Shown in pieces: positions 10,051 through 21,212 of a stretch of 64,000 nucleotides of DNA. The translations under genes and the position numbers were made by a program. Source of the DNA: Malacoraja senta (taxonomy: Eukaryota); the NCBI GenBank assembly GCA_038087875.1, contig CM076000.1:1674001-1738000 (forward strand), read 5' to 3'. Numbering within the stretch: position 1 is the stretch's first letter; the number at the start of each line of letters is the position of its first letter. The notes under the pieces were generated by a model. That model worked only from the letters and a program-made list of their open reading frames with translations. It searched no databases and was not told the DNA's origin.

Positions 10051-12904
10051 ATAAATACAAGGTACTGGAGTAACTCAGCAGGTAAGGCAGTATCTCTCGA
10101 GGATATGGATAGATGACGTTTCGGGTTGGGACCCGTCTTCTGACTCCTTCAGCTATGCTCAGCCCTTATTAGGAAGTCCTTTTTATGAATATTTTCTAAT
10201 TAATAAAACACATGAAAGATGCAGGGACCCGAGGATATTGGAGACCTGTATCTTTGTAAGCTTGAGCTACCATTACATCTTAAGCGATAACTAAAAAAAA
10301 CAGCCCTTTAGCCATGAACATTGATTAAAAAAAACAAAAGTGTAGCACTGATATAAAAGAGACTCCTATCTGGAAAATGTGAATTTTCATTTGTCAGTTT
10401 GCTTCGGGAGTGTTAATGACTCTTTTGGTTTAAGGTTATACTAAACAGTATTAAAAAATATTTGCATAAAAAATGCACCCATATTAAAATAAATAAGATG
10501 GCTGACAGTGAATTTCTAATTCAACAAAAACTATTTGCACTTTTTAAGTATTTATACATAGTGTGTTCCATAAATGTTTCTTTAAAAAAAACTATCCACC
10601 TCAGACTGACTCAGAACTTAATCCAGTCTCTTGTTCTCACAGACTTGATAAAATATCAAGAAGCAAAAATTACCATGGAGGCATCTACAATAAAATGCAT
10701 TCAATACACATTCAACCCTGATACCACTGAAATAATCTTTCCTCCAATAATTTATATTTTGTATCCCCCACAGGACTGATTAAGTATTAAGATTTAGGAT
10801 GTACAAGATAAATCTCCTTTATATGATTCTGAACATAGGTTATGTAGAAAATGGCAATGGAAACTGGGAAAAAAACAATACATGGTAGCTTCGAAGAAAA
10901 GCGCAATTCATTTGTTAAAGTGAGCCAAACATTGGATTATGGGGGATGCAAAATATGAAGCATATCACCAGCAGAGGGTGGTAGAAGCTTTCCAAAGGCA
11001 CTTACTGCAGGTAAATTATATCCACACAGACATAAAAAAAAGGCCTGTGTGTAAAAGTTAGAACAACGCACGTTACACATTTTGAACCTGCTTAATATTT
11101 TCTTGAAGAAAACAATTATTGCTAAATATTTTATGGATAAACTGCAGTAAATTCTTTTGCAAGACTTCAAGTTTTTTTTTACATTGAGTACTTCTTTAAA
11201 ATCAATACAAAGACGGTCAACAATGAAACTAGTGGCGTAGAGCACTAAATGAGTGTGAGTTAGAAGAAATATGCTTCCAATAAATAAATTAGCGGGTACC
11301 GTACGATTCACCTCTATCCCATTGCGGACTCCGGATTTTGTCTCAGTTACTGATGTGCTCCAAAGAACTGAGAATTATATTCTGCACTCTGTATCTTCTC
11401 CTTTGCTCTACCTATTGTACTTAAGTTTGACTTGATTGTATTTATGTATAGTATTATCTGATTGAATAACATGCAGAACAAAGCTTTTCACTGTACCTCG
11501 GTATGCGTGACAATAATAAATCTAAACCTATTCCAAACGTTTTAACCTAGCTGCCTGTCCTTAGTGGTGACTCCGCTAATACAAGCGACATTGTTGACAT
11601 GGTGATTTTGCAGTTGTTACAAGTGGCAGAAAATAGGTGCTTTCGTAACAGACTGATTCCTGGCAGTTCCTTGTTTCTCCATCACCCTTGCAAGTGCTGT
11701 ACATTGACCAGCTCAGCTGATAACTTATAAAACCTGCCTGAAGACTGCCAAGTTGTAAAGCCAGTCGAAACTAACATTAAAATACAGTTGCCTGGAAGAG
11801 AGCCCAGTGTTTAATGATGAGCAGCATTGATTAACCCTGCATATGCTTCTCAACAATTGCAAAGTAGTCTGGAAATTTTGTTTTGTCTACATTAAACCCC
11901 AGAAAATCCTGTCATAAAGCCTGAAGAATATAATCATTCAGATTCTTCTTTCAACTATTAGAAACAAATGTAAATAGAAAATGTAATTTGTCACATCTCA
12001 AGGAAAATTCCAAATGATGGCATTCTTGCTGTTTGAAAAATTGAATGTATTAAATCGGAATTGATTCTGAGTGGCTAAATCCAGGATTAGCATCATAACA
12101 TTGCTGTGATGCAGGGCACTTTATCCAGAACTAATGCATTAATAGGCATTCAAGGATATACTTTGTCGGCACATTCTGCAAGGCAGTATTGAAGGTTTTG
12201 TAAACAGGGTATTTATATAAGCTTTGGAACCAATCATCAAAATATTCAGCTGGATTTTGTTGGATTAAATTTGATGCAGAACAACTGGATCCAAAAGGCA
12301 AGGTTTAAATTTGTTGCCCTGGGCTTCAAACTTTGTGGCTTAAGTTTCTTAGTTCTAAGATAATTTTTCACCACTGGCAGGACGATTGTTGATGATATCT
12401 GGATAACTTTTAATAGAAAATGCCTAAAGATGAAATGCTATCACCAATTCTTAATTTACAGCTGTTTAAATTATAACACAGTCTCATTTCCTGCTTATTT
12501 TGTGTCCAGTACAACATTTCTGCTTATTTTGACTTCTTATGGTGCATCCGCCTTTTCACATAGACTTGAAATAAGTATCAATACTTGTTTCATAGACATG
12601 AATAAGTATTAAGATATATCATACTTGAATAAGTATTAAGATATAATTTGTACATGATAAACCTGCAATTTCATTAAAAAAAAAATCTGGTTTGTCGGTC
12701 TCAATTGTGCAACCTCAAATTAAAGAAACATTTAAAACAGAATAAAAACAAGCTCGCTGAATAAGAAACCTGCTTGAAGTGGAGAAATCATTGCAACGCA
12801 GAATTCCACATGCACATCTTGTACTTTAAAAGGCAAAATTACTCCTACATTTAACAACAAATTCTTCAATTAATTCCACCTTTCCTAGGTGCCAATATTA
12901 TTTA

Positions 12905-13350
12905 TGTTCATAAGTTGTAGGAGCAGAATTAGGCCATTTGGCCCAACAAGTCTACTCCGCCATTCAAACATGGCTGATCTAGCTTTCCCACTCAACCCCA
13001 TTCTCCTGTCTTCGCCCCATAACCCCTGACACCCATACTAATCCAAAACCTATCAATCTCCACCGTAAAAATATCCATTGACTTTGCCATCGCAGCTTTA
13101 TGTGGCAATGAATTCCACAGATTCACCACTCTCTAACTATTCACCACCCTCTAAATTCCTCCTCCTTTCTAAAGGTGTGTCCTTTTATTCTGACTGGTCC
13201 CAGACTCCCACGACATCCTCTCCACATTCATTCTATCCAGGCCTTTCATTATTCGGTAAGTTTCAATTAGGTCCCCCCTCGTCCTTCCAAACTCCAGCGG
13301 GTACAGGCCCAGTGCCGTTAAATGCTCATCAATAATTCCTGGGATCATTT
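12905..13350 (-). mobile_element. CR1 LINE 3' fragment
   Basis: ORF track LGLYPLEFGRTRGDLIETYRIMKGLDR. Tail AGGAGCAGAATTAGGCCATTTGGCCC. Confidence 0.85.
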
Positions 13351-14389
13351 GCATTCTGTTGTGAAAAGGCTGTTGCACCATAAGGATTGTGGCTTAACTG
13401 ACCCATCTCTAAAAATTTTGACCCAGACATGAATGAACCCCTCAAATGTTTAAGTTAGATGGATCTTGCTTTGTACACACAGACTATCGCATTTGCCTAT
13501 GTTACATCAGTTTTCGCATTTCTAAAATACATATTTGTCCTTGAAGAACTTTCCTAATGTCACAATTTCTGTTGTCAAACTTTCCATTTGACTGTAGATA
13601 TCCAAAGAATTCTAAACTGCTCACCAGCGAAATGCAGTGTATCTGAGAAACATTATCATTTGTATGTAGCTGCTGCCTACTACGGTGCTCTTGTCTGCTC
13701 ATGCACATTTAAAAATTATTAATGGGAAATGCCGGTTTTAACTCAACATGTGTTAGGAATATGATACACAATGGGGAGCAAATAGTTTATGGGAATATGT
13801 CACGAGTTTAGTCTGTAACTCATTCACGCCTGTGGCAGCTGAGTCATTAAGCCCATCATCACATTCTGCTTTATGTTCCTGTAAAATCACATTTCTCACT
13901 TGGCATCCCATGTATAATTAAAGGTAAGGCTCAAATTAAGTCATTATCTGCACAAGATGATGTAAAAGTTGCACTCCTCAGTTTCCTGTACAAGTTAATG
14001 TTAAAGTTGCATTCCTCTAAATGGTTAGCATGACTAACTTTGTTAATATAGTTTTTATTTTAAGTAATTTTTATTTAATTTTGCTATGAGTGTCCACAGG
14101 CTGTTCAACTAAGGCTTGAAGCCATGTCCAACTAGTCTTTACCTGAAAATAGACACAAAAAAACTGGAGTAACTCAGCGGGACAGGAGGCATCTCTGGTG
14201 AGAAGGAATGGGTGATTTTCAGGTCTTGACCCTTCTTCAGTCTTTACTTGATGTTGACACATGCATTTCCTGGCAGGCCAACAATCCAAGAGTAATTTGT
14301 GCTAATTGCTTTCCCCCCACCTCTTCCCATCCCAGTCCAGGGGTGCTGATATCAATCAGGTACACCAAAGGAGATTGACCATCCCAATA

Positions 14390-14865
14390 AATAGATAATA
14401 GACAAAAGGTGCAGGAGTAGGCCATTCGGCCCTTCGAGCCAGCACCGCCATTCAATGTGATCATGGCTGATCATCCACAATCAGTACCCCGTTCCTGCCT
14501 TCTCCCCACATCCCCTATCTTTAAGAGCCCTATCTAGCTCTCTCTCGACAATATCCAGAGAACCGGCCTCCACTGCCTTCTGAGGCAGGGAATTCCACAG
14601 AATCATTACTCTCTGTTTTTCCTCATCTCCGTTCTAAATGGCTTACTCCTTATTCTTAAACTGTGGCCCTTGGTTCTGGACTCCCCCAACATCGGGAACA
14701 TGTTTCCAAACCCTTAATAATCTTGCCACCAAAGTGGATAACCTCACATTTATCCACATTAAACTGCATCTGCCATGCATCTGCCCACTCACCCAACCTG
14801 TCCAAGTCATCCTGCATCCTAATAGCATCCTCTTCACAGTTCACACTGCCACTCAGCTTTGTGTC
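14390..14865 (-). mobile_element. CR1 LINE fragment, internally deleted
   Basis: QDDLDRLGEWADAWQMQFNVDKCEVIHFGGK fused directly to the 3' end. Same family as 26758-29705. Confidence 0.88.
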
Positions 14866-15110
14866 ATAGATTGGAGATACATCAGGGTAAGTATGGCACG
14901 GAGTTAAAATCTGGGGTGCTCTATCATCCTACCCATTTTCTATCTGTGTACGTTGAACCTTATCTATTTTGTTACCAATTGTGAGTACTATCCACTCCAA
15001 ACAAGGTTGGTTTGAAATTGATAAATCCAGTTTCTATCGCTTCTGGTAGATAGCAAGTTTATCTAATCAGTAGCTGAATCATGTTGAGGAAGATACCACT
15101 TTAATTATTA

Positions 15111-15325
15111 ATGTCTAAGAAAGAATTGCAGATGCTGGAAAAATCGAAGGTAGACAAAAAATACTGGAGAAACTCAGCGGGTGAGGCAACATCTATGGAG
15201 AGAAGGAATTGGCGACGTTTCGGGTCAAAATCAGTGAAGAACAGTCTCGACCTGAAACATCGCCAATTCCTTCTTTCCATAGATGCTGCCTCACCCGCTG
15301 AGTTTCTCCAGCATTTTTTGTCTAA
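15111..15325. mobile_element. palindromic Penelope terminal-repeat (pLTR) remnant
   Basis: Two inverted copies: AGACAAAAAATACTGGAGAAACTCAGCGGGTGAGGC... / ...GCCTCACCCGCTGAGTTTCTCCAGCATTTTTTGTCT. Flanked by a degenerate ACTTTAATTA duplication. Confidence 0.85.
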
Positions 15326-16761
15326 CTTTAATTACTAGTCTGTCTTGAATTAACTACGCACAACCTGGCATTAATACATGTGATAGAATTAACATGAAAT
15401 GTACCAATTTATGGAGCAGAAAAGCTCAACCTTTGTTCCACTTCCCAAGTGTCCAATGGTTCCAGTAAAAAACGTGTCTGGATACTGGATCAAGGAAGGA
15501 CAGACTCGTCTTGGCTGTGAGGTCTCTGCAGAGGATGATCCTATGACATGCATTATTAACGTTCTTTATGAATATGGCTACACAATCTTTAAATTGTTTC
15601 TTAGCAAGGAGTTGAGGTCCCCAAGAGAAAAGGAAGATAAAATGGGTGGTTATTGTTAAGGTCACAGAAGAGTACAATTGACAAATAAAAACTGAAAGCA
15701 TTCATTTCATTGTTAATGGCTACCATATAATTGCTAATGTTGCTGGAATAAAATAAATGACTGCTGTGTCTAGTTTTCTCCATTGAAGCATCAGACTGGC
15801 AAAGGCAATCTAAAAGGCAGATTTTCTGCAGTTTGGTCAATTCATTTTTTGAATGGCAATATTTTAAATTCTTCCTAATTGTTCATTCCTTCTATATTTT
15901 TCTTTGTTGGTTTACTTTTATTTTAAAGCCATCACTGCTCCGATAGTTTTTGTTTTAACTTTCAGTATAATTTGCTATTTACTTTTCGTTGCAATTTTGT
16001 CTTCTGCCCTTTACAAAATTCCTTCCAGATCTGGGAAAGTTATCTTCAAGTCACTTCTTGATTGGGTGATTAGTAAGTGAACATTTTCACTCTTGGACTG
16101 TTCCTGCTTCATGTCATGTAGAAAGCTGGTATATGAGAATGTTTTATTCCTTTTTTAAACAATATGTCTGGGTGAAAGACAGAAGGCTGGATTCCTGACT
16201 GAACACTCTTGCCAAGAAGCAGAGCCGACAGAAAGTGATGGAAAGCAAGGTCTGTGGTCATCTGTTCAATTCAAAAGAGTCTCTATATGTACTCTCTTCC
16301 TGAGAGTGCTTGCTGTGGATCATAATAATCTATTCCAAAATTTGTATTTCACAAATAACAAATAAAAATAATTATGATCTTAACAATAGTATTACTTAGC
16401 ATTTACTTTCTAACATAGCATGATTATATTAAATGATAATTAAGAATCAGATAAAAAGGTTGCAAAGATATTTTGACAGACTTAAAGCAGGTATATTCCA
16501 TAAACATTGCATTTCATTGTTCAAAATTGTTAATGATTTCCATTATCCAAGGTTCTCAAATGAGAATCTGAACAGATAGTACCTACATTGATGGAACAAA
16601 CATGATTACTGGAGAACATTTTGGACATTTTGCTTAATATTTTTGTTTTAAAATAGAAACCTACAATTATACAAGCTTTCCAATGAGATAACAGCATGCT
16701 TTTCCCTCATATTTCTGCTTTCAGGCTCAGTTGCAGATAGTTTTACAAAGATGGATATTAC

Positions 16762-18622
16762 TAGAGCCAGGATGTTTAGGCCCTAAAAAACCAAAATAGG
16801 CAGCAAAAAGGCATAATAAAATTGCAAAAAAGCTCAAAAAAGGCATTTATTGACAAAAAGGCATAAAAGGCATTTATTTCCACCACCAAAATATGGTTAA
16901 AAATAATAATATAAAGGTATACTACATTAAATGACCAAAGTTGCCTGGTTGCACATAATTACTAGCATTTTTTTCAAATTATCTGGTGTTAAAATATGCT
17001 GTCTGTCAGACAGAATATGCTTCAGTTGTGAAAAACTTCTTTCTACCCCAGCTGAGGTCACTGGTGCATACCCGAAACAACCTACAGACTCTATATTCAT
17101 ATCGATATCTTGTGCATTACAACTACCTTTGAGAACTTTAGCTATGTTTTGTATTTCTTCAAGATCTTTGTTTGAACTTTACGAATATCGTCAGTTACTT
17201 TGTTGAAAACCTGCAAGTTATTTACTAATGTTTCACCACGTTTCTCAAGGGAAGTGATAGCTTGTGGGAAGTTTGCAAAATTGGATGCAATAAACACAAG
17301 ATTGCGGTGGAGGGACTTTTTCTGCATGATTTCACTGACGATCCTGACAAACAGTTGACGATTTCTTATCTTTTCAAAATTTGCAGCATAGTAGAGTACA
17401 ACAGAGAGCCATGTACCCCACCTAGTTAAAACGGGCTGAGGAGGTAGTGGAATCTCGGGTGCCATTTCCTTGAACAACTGCACACGTGACGGTACTTTGA
17501 GGAAGATTTTCTTGACATTGGAAACTAGGTGATCGACATTTGGAAACAAGCTAGTCTGTGCTTGGCAATTCTATGAAGTCCTTGAGTTAAGCATGTCAAA
17601 TGCAATATTTTGGGGAATAAAACTATTAAGTCACAAACAGAAGTACATTCTCGTGATTTATACCTTCTGGCCAAAGTACAGCAAGTGAAGATGTAAACAA
17701 CTGAGCAATAGTTGAGCTGTTTGACTTCCCCAATCGGTTCTCTCGCCTATTGGGATCCATATTTTGTTGCATGCAACTTCATCTCTAATTTTCTACACAA
17801 CAATGTTGAAGTTGCTGTCAACATAATTTTTCCATAATGATGACTCGCTTGGTATATATTCCTCTGTGTATTTCTCTAAAAAACCTCTAAGAGATTTGTT
17901 TTCAATCTTCCACAGTGGAATTCCAGCATCAATGAATGCCTTGCACAAATCACTCAAAAACTCAGATTTGTGTCTGGAGCCAGCAGTGAATGTAGTGAGG
18001 AGACAAGCTTAGGTATTTTGCTTGGGTAGTCTACACCCCAGCGGTATCAACATTCACTTCTCTAATTTTAGATAGCCCTTGTCTTCTCCCTCCTCCCCCT
18101 CCCCCTTCCCAGCTCTCCTTCTAGTCCTACTGTCTCCGCCTTTTTCTTTTTTTTCCCCGCCCCCCCCCCCACATCAGTCTGAAGAAGGGTCTCGACCTAA
18201 ATTCTTTCTCTCCATAGATGCTGCCTCACCAGCTGAGTTTCTCCAGCATTTTTTGTCTACCTTCGATTTTTCCAGCATCTGCAGTTCTTTCTTAAATAGA
18301 TTTTGGAGAAAACTGAACCAGCGGAAAGCGGCACGAACGAATGAACGACCAACGGTGGCGCCCCGGGTTTCGCCCCGGTGGTGGACATTTTCTTGCAAAT
18401 TATACTATGTTAACACATTAATATTAACATTAATATTAACGTGTTAACATAGAAAATGTCATTGTAATCACGGTACAATTAGAGAAAATAGCAGGACCTT
18501 TTAGCAAAACAGCAAAAAAAGGCTGATTTAGGCACTTGATCGTGAAAAAGGCAGTATCCTGGTGAAATCATCAAAAAAGGCATGAAAAGGCACTTCTGGC
18601 ATTTATGGCAAAATCCTGGCTA
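16762..18622 (-). mobile_element. hAT DNA transposon with decayed CGGBP1/hAT19-like transposase
   Basis: 8-bp TSD GATATTAC (16754-16761, 18623-18630). Termini TAGAGCCAGGAT / ATCCTGGCTA. Minus-strand fragments DLCKAFIDAGIPLWKIENKSLRGFLEKYT, FPNVDHLVSNVKKIFLKVPSRVQLFKEMAPEIPLPPQPVLTRWGTWL and the dimerisation-type motif YAPVTSAGVERSFSQLKHILSDRQ. Confidence 0.9.
18012..18298 (+). mobile_element. Penelope 3' fragment nested in the hAT element
   Basis: Matches 9490-9774 and 44360-44560, including CATCAGTCTGAAGAAGGGTCTCGACC. Confidence 0.88.
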
Positions 18623-19400
18623 GATATTACAATAAGTTTAATAATCTTACCTAGGTTTCACATAACCTTTTTTCCTTTTGAATCTATTGCAACTCTTAGG
18701 TATAAAGCAAAACAATTTCATTGTAAAATATTACTGCTTTCTTTTTGACAATTAGAGACATATCTGTATGGCTCATCAGTCACCTCCTTTCAAAACACAC
18801 AGGCACTTTGATCAATGGCCAACAATGATTTTCTGTGTGTGGTAAAGTGTTCTGAAGAAAGCTCAGATAAAAATCACATTTTTTCCATTAGGAACTAGAA
18901 AGATGATTTGGTTGATTTACCAACAAATACAAATTGGGTGAAAAGTGATATCTGAACCAAGGTAGAAACCATGCTGACCCTTTTATCTTCTAAATAACTG
19001 CGCAAAACCAGGTTTACTGGCATGTAACAAACTTTAAGCAGCTTTTATGGAGTGATCAAGAGCACATACCTTAACCATAAAGACAATGTGCAACTCTCTC
19101 ATTGTACTCAAACACCTACCAATGTTGAAAAATTATCTGCAATAGACCATAAAAACAGGACCTAGAGCTCTTAACAGTCTGATGTGGGAGTACAAGTTCA
19201 ATTAAAGTTTTCTATCTCTGTGGTAGGCACAAAGATTACCCACAAAACCATAAAAACACATTAAAAATATATATAATATATAAATACTGTGACCCAGTTG
19301 TTCAAACTGTTACAAAATGCCACATTGTTAATGTTTTGCATTTAAGATTAGAAAGTGAAAAATTTAGAAAACTTAAAAAATACATTTAAAAAGCTATACA

Positions 19401-20130
19401 CAGGTCCACCACCGATTTTCAGGCATACTTGATTCCAGAACCTTTCTGGGATTATCCGTTTTGTCAGAACAACAGAGGTAACAGCATCCAAGAGGAGTCC
19501 AACGGTACCGGAAAGGTACACCTAGGCAGCCGAGGGGCGGGATATTGGCCCGTAAAGTTGGCCTTTGGTTGTCTTAGTTTTAGTTCAGTTTACTTTAGAG
19601 ATACAGCGCAGTAACAGGCCCTTCGGCCCACCGAGTCCGCACCTATTAGCCAACGCATGGGGGTCATGGGGAGAATGTACAAATTCCGTACAGACAGCAC
19701 CCATAGTAGCGATCGAACCTGGGCCTCTGGCGCTGCAAGTGCTGTAAGGTAACAACTCTACTGCTGCGCCACCATGCCACCAAGTCAGCTGTGGGAAGGG
19801 ATCTGCCAACTCCGGGCCAGAGTTCCAGAGCCCCGGCCTCCTTACCCGGCCAAGGCGCCACATTGGGGGGGATTTCAAGTGCGCTCTCTTAATTTTGTCC
19901 GGATTAGTTTAGTTTAGTTTATTGCCACGTGTACCAAATACAGCAAAAAGCTTTTGCAGCGTGCTAACCAGTCAGCAGGAAAACAATACATGACTACAAT
20001 CGAGCCATTCATGGTGTACAGCTATATGATAAGGGAATAACGATAAAGCTAGTAAAGTCCAATCAAAGATAGTCCGAGGATTAAAGGAGGTGCCGGACCA
20101 CCAGTTGCTAGAAAATCGGTGGTGGACCTG
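19401..20130. mobile_element. Tc1/mariner-pogo-type MITE containing a nested SINE and a LINE 3' fragment
   Basis: Perfect 20-bp TIR CAGGTCCACCACCGATTTTC / GAAAATCGGTGGTGGACCTG. TA on the right flank, CA on the left. Minus-strand SINE at ~19575-19780 and LINE tail at ~19905-20080. Confidence 0.85.
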
Positions 20131-20227
20131 TATATGCTGGGATCTAGTTGTTCAAACTGTTGTTTAAACTAATGGCCGAAGTGTTCTTCTACAAAACAAT
20201 TAGTGATCTGAATGGGCAGAAACATAC

Positions 20228-20316
20228 CTATAAAATTCTTTGTACTGGAGCTTAAGATCTCCTTCTTTCCCAAAGAAGTGCACCAACAATGTTGTGTTCC
20301 TTTCTTTGTTAACTTC
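20228..20316 (-). CDS. MICU2: MICU2 internal exon, 89 bp
   Basis: tctttgctctag|GAA...TATAG|gtatgt. Translates EVNKERNTTLLVHFFGKEGDLKLQYKEFY(R). The phase-2 end joins the exon at 4513. Confidence 0.93.
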
Positions 20317-20447
20317 CTAGAGCAAAGACAGAAAGAGATTAGTCAACTTGAATCCAGTGCTCCCCAAAGTGCTCAATGGTCAACACTGGGAACAATCAAA
20401 ATGGAACATTTTGAATAGTAACTCCAATCCATTTCACAGTCAGATAT

Positions 20448-21212
20448 ACATAGCAAAACTCCATTAATCTGGCACACCCAATAGTTTAGTGCTGCTGGAT
20501 GGGTAGATATTCTGAACTTTAGGACGTAATTGCATTAATACTTTAATACACTTTTCATACAGTTTGATGAAGATGTTACATCGTCAAATCACAAATCTTC
20601 CAGTGAGCACGGTAACTTTCAAAGGAGTGTGAGAAACGGAAACAGCGAGTGCAGTTTCAATATGAAGGAAGGAACTGTAGATGCTGATTTATACTGAAGA
20701 TAGACACAAAATGTTGAAGTAAATCAGTGGGCCAGGCAGCATCTCTGGAGAAAAGGAATAGGTAATGTTTATGGGTTGGAACAGAAATGGTGTGAAGAAG
20801 GGTTCCGGACCGAAACGTCACCTATTCCTTTTCTCTGGAGATGCTGCCTGACCCGCTGAGTTACTCCAGTATTTTGTGCCTATCATCATGCAGCTACAAT
20901 GATTTTCAGAGCCAGGTGATTTTCCTGGGAAGGCAGGAATCGGGGCCCCAGTAAATGGAAGGAAGCAGGTCATGCCCTGTTAGAAAGAAGTCGGAATCAG
21001 CATATGGTGAGCAAGTCATAGATCCAACTCGCCTAACACTTGCCATACTTTGGCCAGTCCCCACCTCTCTATACCAGCTACCCTCCTGCCACAATCAGCC
21101 TGATGAAAGGTCCCAACCCGAAACATTTTCTGACCCACTGAGTTTCTCCAGCACTTTGTGTTTTGCCCAAGATTGCCAAATAGTGGCATAGCAGATTATC
21201 AGTTTTACTGTA
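20448..21212. mobile_element. degenerate pogo/Tigger-like MITE with nested Penelope remnants
   Basis: Imperfect TIR TACATAGCAAAACTCCATTAATCTGGCA / GCAGATTATCAGTTTTACTGTA. Inverted pLTR pair at ~20665-20890 and an older pLTR at ~20895-21175. Confidence 0.55.

Noticed and set aside
12599..12645. 20-bp local duplication TGAATAAGTATTAAGATATA
   Set aside because: Ordinary short slippage duplication.
15399..15659. 86-aa plus-strand ORF in unique sequence
   Set aside because: No recognisable homology or splice context; consistent with chance.
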